The notes beneath the pieces are model-generated. The model did no database searches. It saw nothing but the letters and a program-made list of their open reading frames with translations, and was not told the origin of the DNA. From Octopus vulgaris (taxonomy: Eukaryota): 64,000 nt of DNA. The number at the start of each line of letters is the position of its first letter. Position 1 is the stretch's first letter. The stretch lies in NCBI GenBank assembly GCA_951406725.2, contig OX597829.1, positions 55,862,001 to 55,926,000 of the forward strand, given 5' to 3'. A program made the translations under genes and the position numbers. Shown here piece after piece: positions 41,157 to 53,703 of the stretch.

Positions 41157-41289
41157 CATACGACGGGCTTCTTTCAGTTTCCGCCTACCAAATCCTCTCA
41201 CAGACTTTGTAGTAGAAGCAGCTTGCCCAAGGTGCCACGCAATGGGACTAAACCCAGAACCATGTGGTTGGGAAGCAAGCTACTTACCA
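40895..41289 (-). mobile_element. SINE family A, near full length
   Basis: Reverse-complement homolog of 8261-8673. Confidence 0.8.
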
Positions 41290-41374
41290 AGGATTATGAA
41301 GTCAGTGTTTGTCAAAATAAATTTAATTTTCAAACATTTTAAAGAATCCACAGACAGAACTTGATACGTATACG

Positions 41375-42240
41375 GACGCCTGCTTTCAAACAAGCACTGA
41401 TGGTAACATGAAGCAATGGAATGGCAAACACCAGGAAGCATTTGGTTTGATATTTGTGTGCATTCTTTTTCTATAATTTCCTTCGATTCGTCGACATTTG
41501 CCGGATTTGTTCGTAATATTTAAATTTTAAGTATTACCATAAAAAAGTTGAGTTGTGAGAGATCCAGTGAACGCGATGTTTATTTCTGCTGAACCCCTTC
41601 GTTCGATCCACCTTTTTGGTAGAATTTCATCAATGTACGCCTTTATATTTCTCTGGTAGTATGGAGGTGCCCTGTCTTAATGGAAATAAAACACCACATC
41701 AAAGTTCTCTCGAATGTTTGACATGACAGGTTGTCGCATTAAGTTCCAGTAAATGGGACCAGTGAGAGTAACATAACAAATTAATTGTCCAATTAATTAT
41801 TTTTTATAAGCCGTACCATACTGTAACTCTCGGCAAATTAACATGAACATTCCTCCATAAATAATAGGTCCATTGGTCTCAGAGGGTGCAAATGTGGAGG
41901 TAAAACAAGTCATTTAATTTAAGCCTTTTTACACCAAAACAATCTTTCTTATCAAATGTGATTTTTTTCTATACAGCTTGCTAAGTATTACTCGTAAGAC
42001 TTCGGTCATCGGTCCAGATCCTCTTTCCAAAGAACACGGATTATTCTATGAATGTACTTTTTCCAATGACGCCACTTCGAATGCAATGGACGTTTGATTT
42101 TGAAATTCTTGTCTCGTGACTTGCTTACTGCACAAAATATGTTTTTTTTTTTTGCTTTGTGAGGTTAGTCGATGTGTGCAGTCTCCCGAAACGTTTATTA
42201 TGAACTTTCTGAACAGTTCCACCCGCTTCAAATCTATCTC
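41375..42240 (-). pseudogene. Tc1/mariner-superfamily transposase relic
   Basis: DRAPPYY...LPKRWIERRG...RSLDLSQLNFFLW*YLK matches the QDGAPPH / RWIGRRG / SPDLTPLDFFLWGYLK pattern. Confidence 0.7.
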
Positions 42241-42477
42241 TAATTCGAGCGGTAGGAATGTAAACAGTTAGGTCTCTTTGAAATTCCTTTCCAAACTTCT
42301 CAGCACTTAGTTTACTTTTTCAAACTTCCAGTCGTACTTTTGGACAAATTTCCTTTCTTCAAAGCTTAGTCTGGCCCCCTTCACTCTTTCAACTGGGTTA
42401 AACTTAAAACGAAATGAAAATTGAATTATCAGCTGTTAATGTGTGTATATATATTTTTGGCCAGCCTGTATACGTAC

Positions 42478-42718
<241 letters not shown>

Positions 42719-42843
42719 TGAGGGTACTACTATTCGTAGATACCAACACGCTAAGAGGGACCAATGCGGTCAAAACTACTAAAAATAAACAAAATTTTAC
42801 CGAATGCAAAACTTCAAAACACATCATTTTAAAAAAGAATTCA

Positions 42844-42907
42844 GTTACATATCACATGTGATTTCGCATTTAATGCAGAATATGCATTTCATGTTCGTCA
42901 GTGCAAC
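42844..42907 (-). ncRNA. Type I hammerhead ribozyme (left-arm copy)
   Basis: gttgca-CTGACGA-acat...atgc-GAAA-tcacatgtga-TA-tgtaac; palindromic stem III, AUA triplet; the stem II closing pair is a mismatch. Confidence 0.7.
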
Positions 42908-42990
42908 AAACTCAAGAAATATAAGAAAAAACATAACATTACAAACTCGATAGCCAACCGTAGAATTCGTCGTAGCTTGTACGAATGTTT

Positions 42991-43054
42991 GTTGCACTGA
43001 CGAACATGAAATGCATATTCTGCATTAAATGCGAAATCATATGTGATATGTAAC
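42991..43054 (+). ncRNA. Type I hammerhead ribozyme (right-arm copy)
   Basis: gttgca-CTGACGA-acat...atgc-GAAA-tcatatgtga-TA-tgtaac; stem I gttgca/tgtaac. Confidence 0.7.
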
Positions 43055-43293
43055 TGAATTCTTTTTTAAAATGATGTGTTTTGAAGTTTTGCATTCGGTA
43101 AAATTTTGTTTATTTTTAGTAGTTTTGACCGCATTGGTCCCTCTTAGCGTGTTGGTATCTACGAATAGTAGTACCCTCAATATAATATAAATGAATATTT
43201 TCAAAGAGGAAGAATTTACGGATTTTTTCTCTTACGATGTTTTTCACGCTGACTACTGATAATTTCTTTTAAAGATTTTATCCTCAATTGTTA

Positions 43294-43361
<68 letters not shown>

Positions 43362-43559
43362 GTGCGTGTGCGTTAATTGATAGAACGGTTGATCGATAAA
43401 TAGTTAGAAATATAGATACAGGTACATATGCATATATACATACATGCATACATGCATTTATACAAACATACATAAATGCATACATACATACATGCATACA
43501 TACATACATACATACATACATACATACATACATACATAAAGAAAAGAAACAATGAAGTC

Positions 43560-44250
43560 CTTGGAGTTCCAAGATACAACCGTAAATGTAGATTCTGTCA
43601 TATTTCTGTGTAAAACATCAGACATGTGATTAGCAGCTGCCCAAAAATGCCATCGAGGTACCACCTCCCTATGCGACATGACGTTGTCGCAAAAACAATA
43701 TACAATGCCATTCGGATAAAAGACTGCCCTGGAATAAATATAGAGAATCCGTCCATTGTTGAATGTGTACACATATCTCAGTGCAAAGAATACTGGTCGA
43801 ACATCCCCATCAAAACATGTCAAATGTAAGGATAACAAGCTGGTTATTGTGGGACAGACAAGAAAAAGCATGTACCGCCATAAAGGTCAGCGGTCCTGCT
43901 GCTGTGAAAACCTCTTTGAAAACCAAAGAGAAAAGAGATAATTATGGACAACTGCTTCGAAACCTTCAGCTTCTATATCCGGATCACAAATTTACCAATA
44001 ATTAATTGGAACACTTGATTTTGTAAGTAAATGCCGAACTGTAAGTGTGGATAATCTTGGATTTTCAGAAAAAGAAATCAACCACCTGATTCGCACATTA
44101 TAAATACAATCTGTAAATGGAACAGTAAAACTATGCAAGACTTTTTTCAAGTTCAAATTGTGACGTTGTCTTCATTATCCACATTCTATTTTTAGAAACC
44201 AGCTCCTTCCTCAGGAACAATTTCAATAATTTAGAAAGAGAAGAGATTCA
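43560..44250 (+). pseudogene. RLE-type (R2/R4-group) non-LTR retrotransposon 3' fragment, distinct family
   Basis: KCRFC...HVISSCP...RHDVVAK, WDRQEKAC, EKRDNYGQL, GTVKLCKTF*; flanked by (CATA)n and (CCAT)n. Confidence 0.75.
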
Positions 44251-44805
44251 CCCATCCATCCATCCATCAAACCATCCATCCATCCATCCATACACACATA
44301 CATACATGCATACACTACATTACATTACGTTACATAAATACATAGCAAGCTTTTCTTTTAAACATGTATTGAAAAGTCTACAGCGTTCTGCTTTTGCCAT
44401 TTTTATCATTTTTGTCATTTCCCCCCATATATTTGCATTAAATTCCTGCAAGTTGTAAGAGATAATAAAATGAAAGCATAATACATCTGCACACTTGGAA
44501 ATGCCCTGGAAACATTTTATTGGTTAGCTGTCTGCGAGAAGGGCATTCTGAGAAAGGTGATACCTAAGCGGTTGAAAGTTACCTTTGAACAGCTGCAAGT
44601 TGATGACTGCAGAAAAAAAAACGTCCCAGGCAGGATAGAGGTCGGACAGTGGAGGATTGCCGGACTGTAGTGATGGACAGATATGCAATGGGTGAAGTGA
44701 TATGGGTGTCGCGAAGAGGAGAGACGAGGGATTAGAGGATACTGTGCTGAAGTGGCTTAGGAATCATGTATTCTAAAAGAAGAGACCACTGTTGTTTTTA
44801 CTACT

Positions 44806-44856
<51 letters not shown>

Positions 44857-45009
44857 ATGGCACTAGCAGCAGCAGCGGAATTAGCTATAGTGGTTGTAGT
44901 AGTAGTAGAAGTAGAAAAGACAGGCTTGTGATACGGTGCATCGGTGGATGAGAGTTTAGAGTGCATTGGTGAACGATTTCATTCCTCTCGATCGGATGAC
45001 ATATGAATA

Positions 45010-45395
45010 TTGGTCTTAAATTTTGGCACAAGGCCTGCAATTTCAGGAAGGGGTAACTTGATTAAGTCGCTGCCATTGCACAACTGGTACTTATTTTATC
45101 GACTCCGAAAGGATGAAAGTCTAAGTCGAGCTCGGCGGAATGGGTGACATTCGTAATATAATATAAGAGAATAGAATGTCATAATATATTATGTTATATG
45201 TCATTTATTAAGGCCTCCGGAATCGTTGGCACGCCGGACACACGGTTTTTTTCCGACTTTGTCTTCTAAGTTCAAATTTCGCTGAAGTCAACTTTGTCTT
45301 TCATCCATTTTGAGTCGATGAAAGAAATACCAGTTGATGTAATCGACCAGCACCACTCCCACCAAATTTCATCGCATGAGCTTGTAATAGAGAAA
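45010..45395. mobile_element. Two head-to-head SINE family B fragments
   Basis: Family core on minus strand at 45010-45140 and on plus strand at 45210-45395. Confidence 0.6.
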
Positions 45396-45596
45396 GGATT
45401 GTGGCGCTTGTTTTCTTCCTCCGTGTTGTCTTGTTTATTCATCTTTCTACTATATATATATATACATATAGTTTGACCAAATGAACCGGCTATTGCAAGG
45501 AAAAATGAATATTGAAAATAACGCATTTGGCCAAATTTGAAAATACGTCAGTTTAACATAATAACAACGATATAAATATATATATATATATATATA

Positions 45597-45935
45597 CCAA
45601 GTGAGATAGGGGTTATGAGTGTAACCCACTATAGGATATCATTTATCCAATATACTGCCAGTAAAGTACCCAGAGAGGCTAATACATAAATGCTAGAAAT
45701 TGCAATGCAATAAATTCATTTATTGTATTATATGGGCGAAGGTAAAATGTTTTACCTCAAATTCATAATACAAAATAAGAAAATGGAGGAATAGATTTCT
45801 ATCAATCATCAGCTACTAGATAATACCAATTCATATAATTTATTAACTGTTGTTATATAAAGTCAGTTAATAAATTATAAGAATTGGTTTTATCTAGTAG
45901 TTGATGATTGATAGAAACCTATTTCTCCATTTTCT

Positions 45936-45941
<6 letters not shown>
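45597..45941. mobile_element. Fold-back element with multi-hairpin tail inside (TA)n
   Basis: 45772-45849 inverted to 45864-45941; 45597-45771 has short hairpins (gggtta/taaccc, ggata/tatcc, ggtaaaa/ttttacc). Confidence 0.7.
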
Positions 45942-46004
<63 letters not shown>

Positions 46005-47334
46005 TATGAGTGTGTGTGTGTGTTTTGGTCAAACGATCGTATCTCTAGCTGCTTCAGATGTCAGGATATCAGAGGTCAAAGTGTAGTACGATGGTTTTAC
46101 TATGGAATGGTGAAACTATCTTTTCGTTTTCGGAAAAAGCAACATTTTGGACTTGCGACACTTTTAGATAATAGAAAATGTGTGTGTACTGTATATATAT
46201 CATACTTCTAGAATTTTACCTTTTAATACTACATAGTATATACTAAATTATATAGTATATACTAAATTATATAATATATAGTATATATATAGCATATACT
46301 ATATATATATATATTGTATAGCATATACTAAGCGAAAAAAGGACCGTCATTGTCGTCTTTGCCAACTAGGCTACATGAATTTTGGTGCAGCCCGGTCAGT
46401 TGGTGACCCGTTGACCGAGTCTGAGTTTCTGTTTACTTATAATTTGTACACACACACACACACACACACACATACCGACATACATGATGTGTTGGAGCAA
46501 CTTTAGTATATTAAACTGAATATAGTAAATATTTGTTGCTGACCAACGGCGGGATAAAATCCAAGATTGCAGCTAAATAGCAAGATTTGCTTTTGGTCTT
46601 TAACCAGCGAAACTAATTTCTGCTCAGTGCGTTACTAACTGTACCACACTTAGAAACTTGATAATAATAATTTCACAGTAAAAATTAAGAAAATAGCAAT
46701 AATGAATGTTGGTAGATGACCTGTGATTTCAGAGAGACGGGGTCAGTTGCATGATTATATATTTTTTGGTTTAAGTTTGCATGTTTTCCAAACAACTAAA
46801 TATTGAAGTTTAACAAAGTTTCATATTTGAGAGGATTAATAGCGTTCCTTGATTAGTTATCCATCATCAATTGTGTTCATGCAACATCTTGAAAGAAGGA
46901 AATCAATTCTGTTTCCCCAGTGCAACATAGCAAACGAGCTTGCTAGTCAATTCACTGCATGAAAACTCCAAGAGTTTCTTTCGTGTCCTAATGGGTGTTT
47001 TTTTTTTATCTTTCCTCTAATTTCTTCATGTTTTACTTTTTATTTTCCAATCTTTCTATTGTCATTTGCTTATTTTATTTTTTCTTCTCTTTTTTTTATT
47101 CGTAACTACATTTTATAGCAATAATAATTGTGCAGCTTTTCAACAACCAGTCAGATCACGAGTTTACTTTCAAATGTATGGACGTTGTTAATCCACAGCT
47201 ACCCAATCATGTTACAGATAAGACCAACAATGCCATCATCGAAATTTGGACTTCAGTTCATTTCTTACTACCCGACATTTTGTATTACGCACACCTTGTA
47301 ATTATACATGAACGCTCTTTCGCTTCTTTGTACG

Positions 47335-48610
47335 TATGTGTATGTGTGTGTATGTGTTTGTATGGATAAGTGTGTACGAGTGTGTGTATGGATAAGTTTG
47401 TATGTATGTGTATGTATATAAATGCATATATATGTGTGTATGTATGTACGTATGTATGTGTGCTTGTATGTATGTATGCATGTATGTAGGTATGTGTGTA
47501 TGCATATATGTATTTATACGTATGTATGTATGCCCGCATGCATAGACGTATGTATATGAGTGTATATATGTATGTTTGTATGCTTGTATGCTTGTATGTA
47601 TGTTTGTTTGTGTGTATGTATATGTATGTGTGTATGTATGTATGTTTGTGTGTATGTATGGGTATGTATGTATATGCCTGTGTGTTTATTCCGGTGTATA
47701 TATGTCATTGTTCAGGTTTATTTCAAAATTTCTTGCTAACAGAGAGAATCACTGCCTAATCTAGATCCAAGGCCCCTTCATTGGAATTTCAACATCAAAA
47801 ACAGAGTATGTATGTATGTATGTATGTATGTATGTATTTATGTATGTATGTATGTACGGATGTATGTATGTATGTATGTATGTATGTATGTATGTATGTA
47901 TGTATGTATGTATGTATGTATGTATTTATGTATATATGTATTTATGTATGTATGTATGTATGTGTGTATGTATTTATGTATGTATTTATGTATGTATATA
48001 TGTATGTGTGTATGTATGTATGTATGTATGTATGTATTTATGTATGTGTGTGTATGTATTTGTGAGTGTGTATGTATGTATGTATGTGTATGTATTTGTG
48101 AGTGTGTATGTATGTATGCATGCATGTAGGCATGCATACATGTATGTATGTACGTACATATGTATGCATGTATGCAGGTTTGTACTTATGTATGTACTTA
48201 TGTATGTACTTATGTATGTAGGTATGTATGTATATGTGCAGATTTGCATGTTTTTTATGTATGTATATATGTATGCATATAGTTGCATATCTATACATGC
48301 TCATATATATTTAAATGGGTTTTGTAATCACGGTTTCTTCTATAACTACAACTAAAAAGAATTTGTTTACATGTTGAGCTGTTGTTTATGTTCTGTTTCT
48401 TGGTTGTTTTGTTGTTGATGTTGTGTCCAGCCACGTTATCTCTGGTAAATCTCTGTATGTTAAATCATTGCGATATTGAATAAAAGGAACCCTCGGCTAA
48501 TTTATCTGAAGATTAACCAGTTATTTAACAAAGTTGGAGGTAGAATACATCGTATTTTCGATAGTCTCCTACGCCAAATACGTGACTTGTTCTTTCGAGT
48601 TCGTAATATA

Positions 48611-48647
<37 letters not shown>

Positions 48648-49327
48648 ATGTATGTATGCATGTATGTATGTATGTATGTATGTTTGTATGCATGCATGTA
48701 TGCATGCATGTATGTATGTACGTATGCATGCATGCATGCATGTATGCATGCATGCATGTATGTATGTATGTATGTACGGATGTATGTATGTATGTATGTA
48801 TGTATGTATGTATGTATGTATGTTTGTATGTATTTATGTATGCATCCATTCATGCATGTATGTCTGTATGTATCCATGCATGCATGTATGTATGCATGCA
48901 TGTCTCTATGTATGTATGTATGTATGTATGTATGCATGCATGCATGCATGTATGTATGTATGCATGCATGCATGCATGTATGTATGTATGTATGCATGCA
49001 TGCATGTATATATGTATGTATGTATGTATATATGTATGCATGTATGTATGTATGTATGCATACATGCATGTATGTATGTATGTATGTATGCATGTATGTA
49101 TGTATGTATGCATGCATGTATGTATGTATGTATATATGTATGTATGCATGCATGTATGTATATATGTATGTATGCATGTATATATGTATGCATGTATGTA
49201 TGTATGCATGCATGTATGTATGCATGCATGTATGTATGTATGTATGTATGTATGTATGTATGTATGTATGTTTGTATGTTTGTATGTATGTATGTATGCA
49301 TGCATGTATGTATGCATGTATGTATGT
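47335..49327. repeat. Large (TATG)/(CATG) microsatellite field with short unique islands
   Basis: Directly visible; source of the 150-314 aa MYVC/HTYI ORFs. Confidence 0.95.
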
Positions 49328-49689
49328 AAGGCATGTCATATCTCCTCAGTTCCAGATGGAAGCGTTGGTCCGCTATCACGTCTTGATACATAGCATATCT
49401 AGAGAGGGGATTGGATTCTGGGGCGGTGGTCATTTCTTCCTGGATTTGAATACTGCCAATTTCTTCCAGCATTGGTGAGTGAATCAGAAAGGAAAGAAAC
49501 ACGCTGGGTCATCAAATGTTACTTTATTGTTTCGGAAAGCAAAGTTGTTCTCGGTTGTATTTTGAACTCAGAGTGCAATGAAGTGGGATGAATAAAGCGA
49601 TGCAATCTATCCGAATCTGCCAAACGGCTTTACATGAGTGTGAGTGTGAGTGTGTATGATCGTGTACGTGTGTGTGTGTGTGTGTTTAA

Positions 49690-49951
49690 AGAGAGAGCAA
49701 GAGAGAGGAAAAGGAGAGAGAGAGAGGTGTGAGGAGAGAGAGAGGTGAGAGGAGAGAGAGAGGTGAGGGTTGAGGAGAGAGAGGTGATAGGAGAGAGTGA
49801 GATGAGAGAGGAGAGAGAGAGAGGCGTGAGGAGAGAGCGAGGTGAGAGGAGAGAGAGATAGGTGATGGTTGAGGAGAGAGAGGTGATAGGAGAGAGTGAG
49901 ATGAGAGAGGAGAGAGAGAGGTGTGTGGAGAGGGAGAGGTTAGAGGAGAGA
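49690..49951. repeat. GA-rich degenerate minisatellite
   Basis: Recurrent gaggtgagaggagagaga units. Confidence 0.85.
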
Positions 49952-51031
49952 GTGCAGTATTCTACATTTATGTTGAATACAACACACTCTGACAGATACA
50001 GTTTGAAACAGACTATCACGAATTGCTAGGTTAGACTACTTAGGACTGTAAATTTTGTTAAATCACAGACTCAGTTTACCTCATTTGTACGCAGTAGCCC
50101 AGGTACTGATTCTACAATCTGAACTCACGACTTCCTTGCACGGCTCGTGAGCACAACGTAGATTCCTGACGTATCATTGTTTCGAAAGTTTGAGCAAAAT
50201 TGATCGTAAATTACTCGTATTTCACTGTCGTCTTTATTAAGCTACCTCGAGAGAATTCAGCTGTGTGGTAAAATTAGAAAAAGGAACCCAACTGCAGGAT
50301 ATTTGAAACATATATGCGTTCGAATGCAACACATTCCGACTGATCTTAATCTGACACATAATGCCACTAAATGCGTAACAAACAGTTGATGTATCTAGAA
50401 CTGGACATTACTCTGCGTGATAAATATGGAATATAGTTAAGCGATTCAGAAAAATCACGTTATACTCGTGTATATGTGTACATACGTGTATATAAATATA
50501 TGTATAGGTGTTATGTACATCACCGGAGCGTGTATTGACCAGATAAATGTTCAATTGTTCATACATTAAAACGGTTCGTTGGATTAATGTACATAGCACA
50601 TGTATTAGTTTTCCTATGGTTACAGAAAGGTTTTCTGAAGTGAACTTTTCGTTATATTGCTGGTTATTATAAATATGATATTGAAAGATATATTATGACA
50701 GAGAATCAGTTTCCGAAGATTGAACATTATAGGAAATGAAATTTTCTAATTATACATATGGGGCTTATCGGTTTTAGTTTGGTTTTAAGTGAAAGAACAT
50801 TTTCAAATGGACCTCATTGAAGCATATTTGAGTACCTAAGTTGTGCGATGGACGTAGGTGTGTGTGGTGTTGGTTGGGTGTTGCGTTTAAGACTTTATTG
50901 ATTGCGTTGTCCATTGTGTGGCTGAATAGCTGCAGCTGTATGTTCGTACCTTCGCGAGCGTGTCTCTTTTGCGCATACACACACACACACACATGCACCA
51001 ATGAAGGTGTTGAAGTAGGAAATCGTCGATA

Positions 51032-51068
<37 letters not shown>

Positions 51069-51154
51069 ACACGTGCGTGTGTATGTATATATGTATCTGT
51101 GCATGTATGTGTGCGTGTTTGTGTACATATATATATATATATATATACACACAC

Positions 51155-51185
<31 letters not shown>

Positions 51186-51281
51186 TGTATGTATGTGTAT
51201 ATGTATGAACGTATGTGTGCATGTATGTATGTATGTATGTATGTGTGCATGTATGTATGTACGAGAGCATGTATGTATACA

Positions 51282-51724
51282 CAGGGTGACTCAAAAGTTT
51301 AACATTAATACAAACCGGCCAATGCCTGAATTTACTTGAGATCAGTCGAATTTATTGATACGCGCCTCGTCTATCTTCTTTATTCTTCCTACACGTCTCA
51401 TCTCCTCGCTACAGCCGACATCCACTTTCCCAGTACACTCCCAACCACGCCCGACTGCCGGCATTCAGGGATTCCAGGACAGCTAATTTGCAACCCCCTC
51501 TGCTACCGCGTGTAGTTGAACTAGATACACCAAGACAACTGAACAGAATAACCACTATGTTTTGCCATTTTAGGCCTAGGGCTATTCTCTCATCCTCTTT
51601 CTAAAATGTGTTGTAAGCAAAATAGTAAAGACACTATTTAAAATATATAGAACCAAAATTGCTACAAATGAAAATTAAAATTTGCTTACCATTTAATTGC
51701 TAAACTTACTTCTGAATCACTCTG
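51282..51724. mobile_element. Tc1/mariner-type non-autonomous element
   Basis: Imperfect TIRs cagggtgactcaaaagt and acttctgaatcactctg. Confidence 0.5.
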
Positions 51725-51851
51725 AATACACATGCATGGACAAGTATGTACATACAAATAGAATAAAGATATCGAAAGCCAAACAACTAGTTTCGTATCA
51801 GATTATAACATTCTGTATTTGTATACTGACAAAACTTGAGGGGCGAATTGA

Positions 51852-52239
51852 ATCAATAAAAGGTTAGTTGAAGAATGTTCATAATGTTTGTGTTATGCAC
51901 TGGTATTTTCCCGGAACTGTTATAAGGTAAGTTTGTATTATTGATATTAGATAATAGGTTAAAGCAGGTCATTATAAGTAGAATCCAATTCTTCCATCTT
52001 CTCATTCGAAAATAGAATAAATTGACACTTTAAAGTTGAGTGCGGACTGCTTACAGAGAACTGTACCAATTGTGCATCAATTCTAGAAACAGCTGTAAGG
52101 GAATTCCTTCACATCTTATTTCTTGATTTCGTCTAACCTATTTTCTAATATCAATAATACAGATTTACTGTTCCAGGAATATACCAGAACATATATTCTA
52201 CAATCATTATGAGCATTCCTCAACTGATCTTTGATTGAT
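51852..52239. mobile_element. Old fold-back element with hammerhead remnant
   Basis: 51852-51961 inverted to 52134-52239 (diverged); GAAACAGCTGTA at 52086-52097 is identical to the motif in the 13314 ribozyme. Confidence 0.5.
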
Positions 52240-52569
52240 CTCATGCTCTAAACATTTGTGACATTCATTTCTGCTCTTATGTTACATCATTTTACCTGAC
52301 GTCAGCGGTTTACCTGTTTAGAAATTCAGTCTATTATACACTGTACCAGTACGACTGAAACCGGCTTATGACAAATCTTCATTAGGCAACGATAACATTC
52401 CTGCATTTATAGTTACAGTTTAAGCTAGAGTTTAGACAGAAACTCAATCTGAGCACCATTTGTATGTAGCCATTTTCTCACGTCATCAAACGTAATATTA
52501 CCTGGCAATTGCATATATATATATATAAACAGGTATATAAAATATAAATAAAATATGTGTGCATACGCA

Positions 52570-52629
<60 letters not shown>

Positions 52630-52824
52630 TGAGTGTGTGAGTATGTATTTGTGTGTGTGTATTTGTATGTACATATGCATATATACAGGCATATATTGGA
52701 GTATGTTTATCTATATAATGTTAGGATCCTGTGGTTACTGAAGAACCGTTTTACATTTGCAGTTTTATAAGGAGTAAATTTTCAATGGAATTCTTATGCT
52801 ATTCAACTGCTTTCCTTAGCATTA

Positions 52825-53703
52825 CGACTGGGTACTCAAAAGAAACTGGAATTTTCCAATATAATTTTATTCATTTAGTTTTACACGTTTACACTTTTGT
52901 CGCCTTCAAAATATTCTTCATTTGAAGCAATGCATCAGTCCAGGCATGTTTGCCACTGTTCGAAGCATTACCGGAACTCTTGCGCCTTTTAACACCTCCG
53001 TCATTTTTTTCTTCACCTCTTCCACATCTGCATATTCCGTAGCACCAGCTTTCATCACCAGCGATGACCTTCGAAAAAGGTCTGCATCAACTTCTAACTG
53101 TTCTTTCAGTTCACAACACGCTCCTGATTGCTTTTGATCTTCCGTGAGCAAGCGAGGCACAAATTTTGCTGCAGCTCTTTTCATTTGCAATTCCTCGCTC
53201 AAAATTCGTTGGCAGGAGCTCCAAGACACATCAGTCATATCAACAAGTTCGTCAATTGTTCGGTGACGGTCCTCCAAGATCACTTCATGAATTTCCATGA
53301 TGTTTTTATTCGTTCAGGAAGTCGACAGACACGTTGAACAAAGTTGGTCTTCAACTGACAAGTGACCATTCCTAAAGTGTGAAAACCACGCATAAACTTG
53401 TGTTTTGCTCATGACAGCATCATTGTTAGTTGTTAGGAGCATGACAACTGTTTCAGCTACCGTTTTCCTAAGCAGAAAACAGAATTTCACAGAAGCAATT
53501 ACTACTCCATTTCAACCATCACAAAAATCGACGAATAGGAGAGAAGTACAGACGCACCACGTGACAGTAGGACTCCAGCCGACAACGCCGGTCGGCAGAC
53601 GGTGCCAGAGGGTTGCATCAAGTGGGATGTAGCGGCGGAAGCCTGAACTACAACTGGCTTGTCCCACAGAGAACGTTTCCGGTTGATTTTGGGTACCTCC
53701 TCA
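52825..53703 (-). mobile_element. Internally deleted mariner transposon with TIRs and TA target duplication
   Basis: TA|cgactgggtactcaaaagaaactggaa...ttccggttgattttgggtacctcctca|TA; EDRHRTIDEL...AAKFVPRLLT and C-terminal CIASNEEYFEGDK. Confidence 0.85.

Noticed and set aside
45790-45820. CTGATGA-ttgata-GAAA hammerhead-like motif
   Set aside because: No stem II and no convincing stem I or III pairing
49356-49474. Candidate host exon (ttccag|ATG...TG|gtgagt, one open frame)
   Set aside because: Peptide not recognisable, no partner exons found, and the 3' side adjoins decayed SINE sequence; needs RNA-seq
47496-49502. Long ORFs of 150-314 aa, and similar YI/CV/poly-N ORFs elsewhere
   Set aside because: Translations of stop-free microsatellites, open in several frames on both strands
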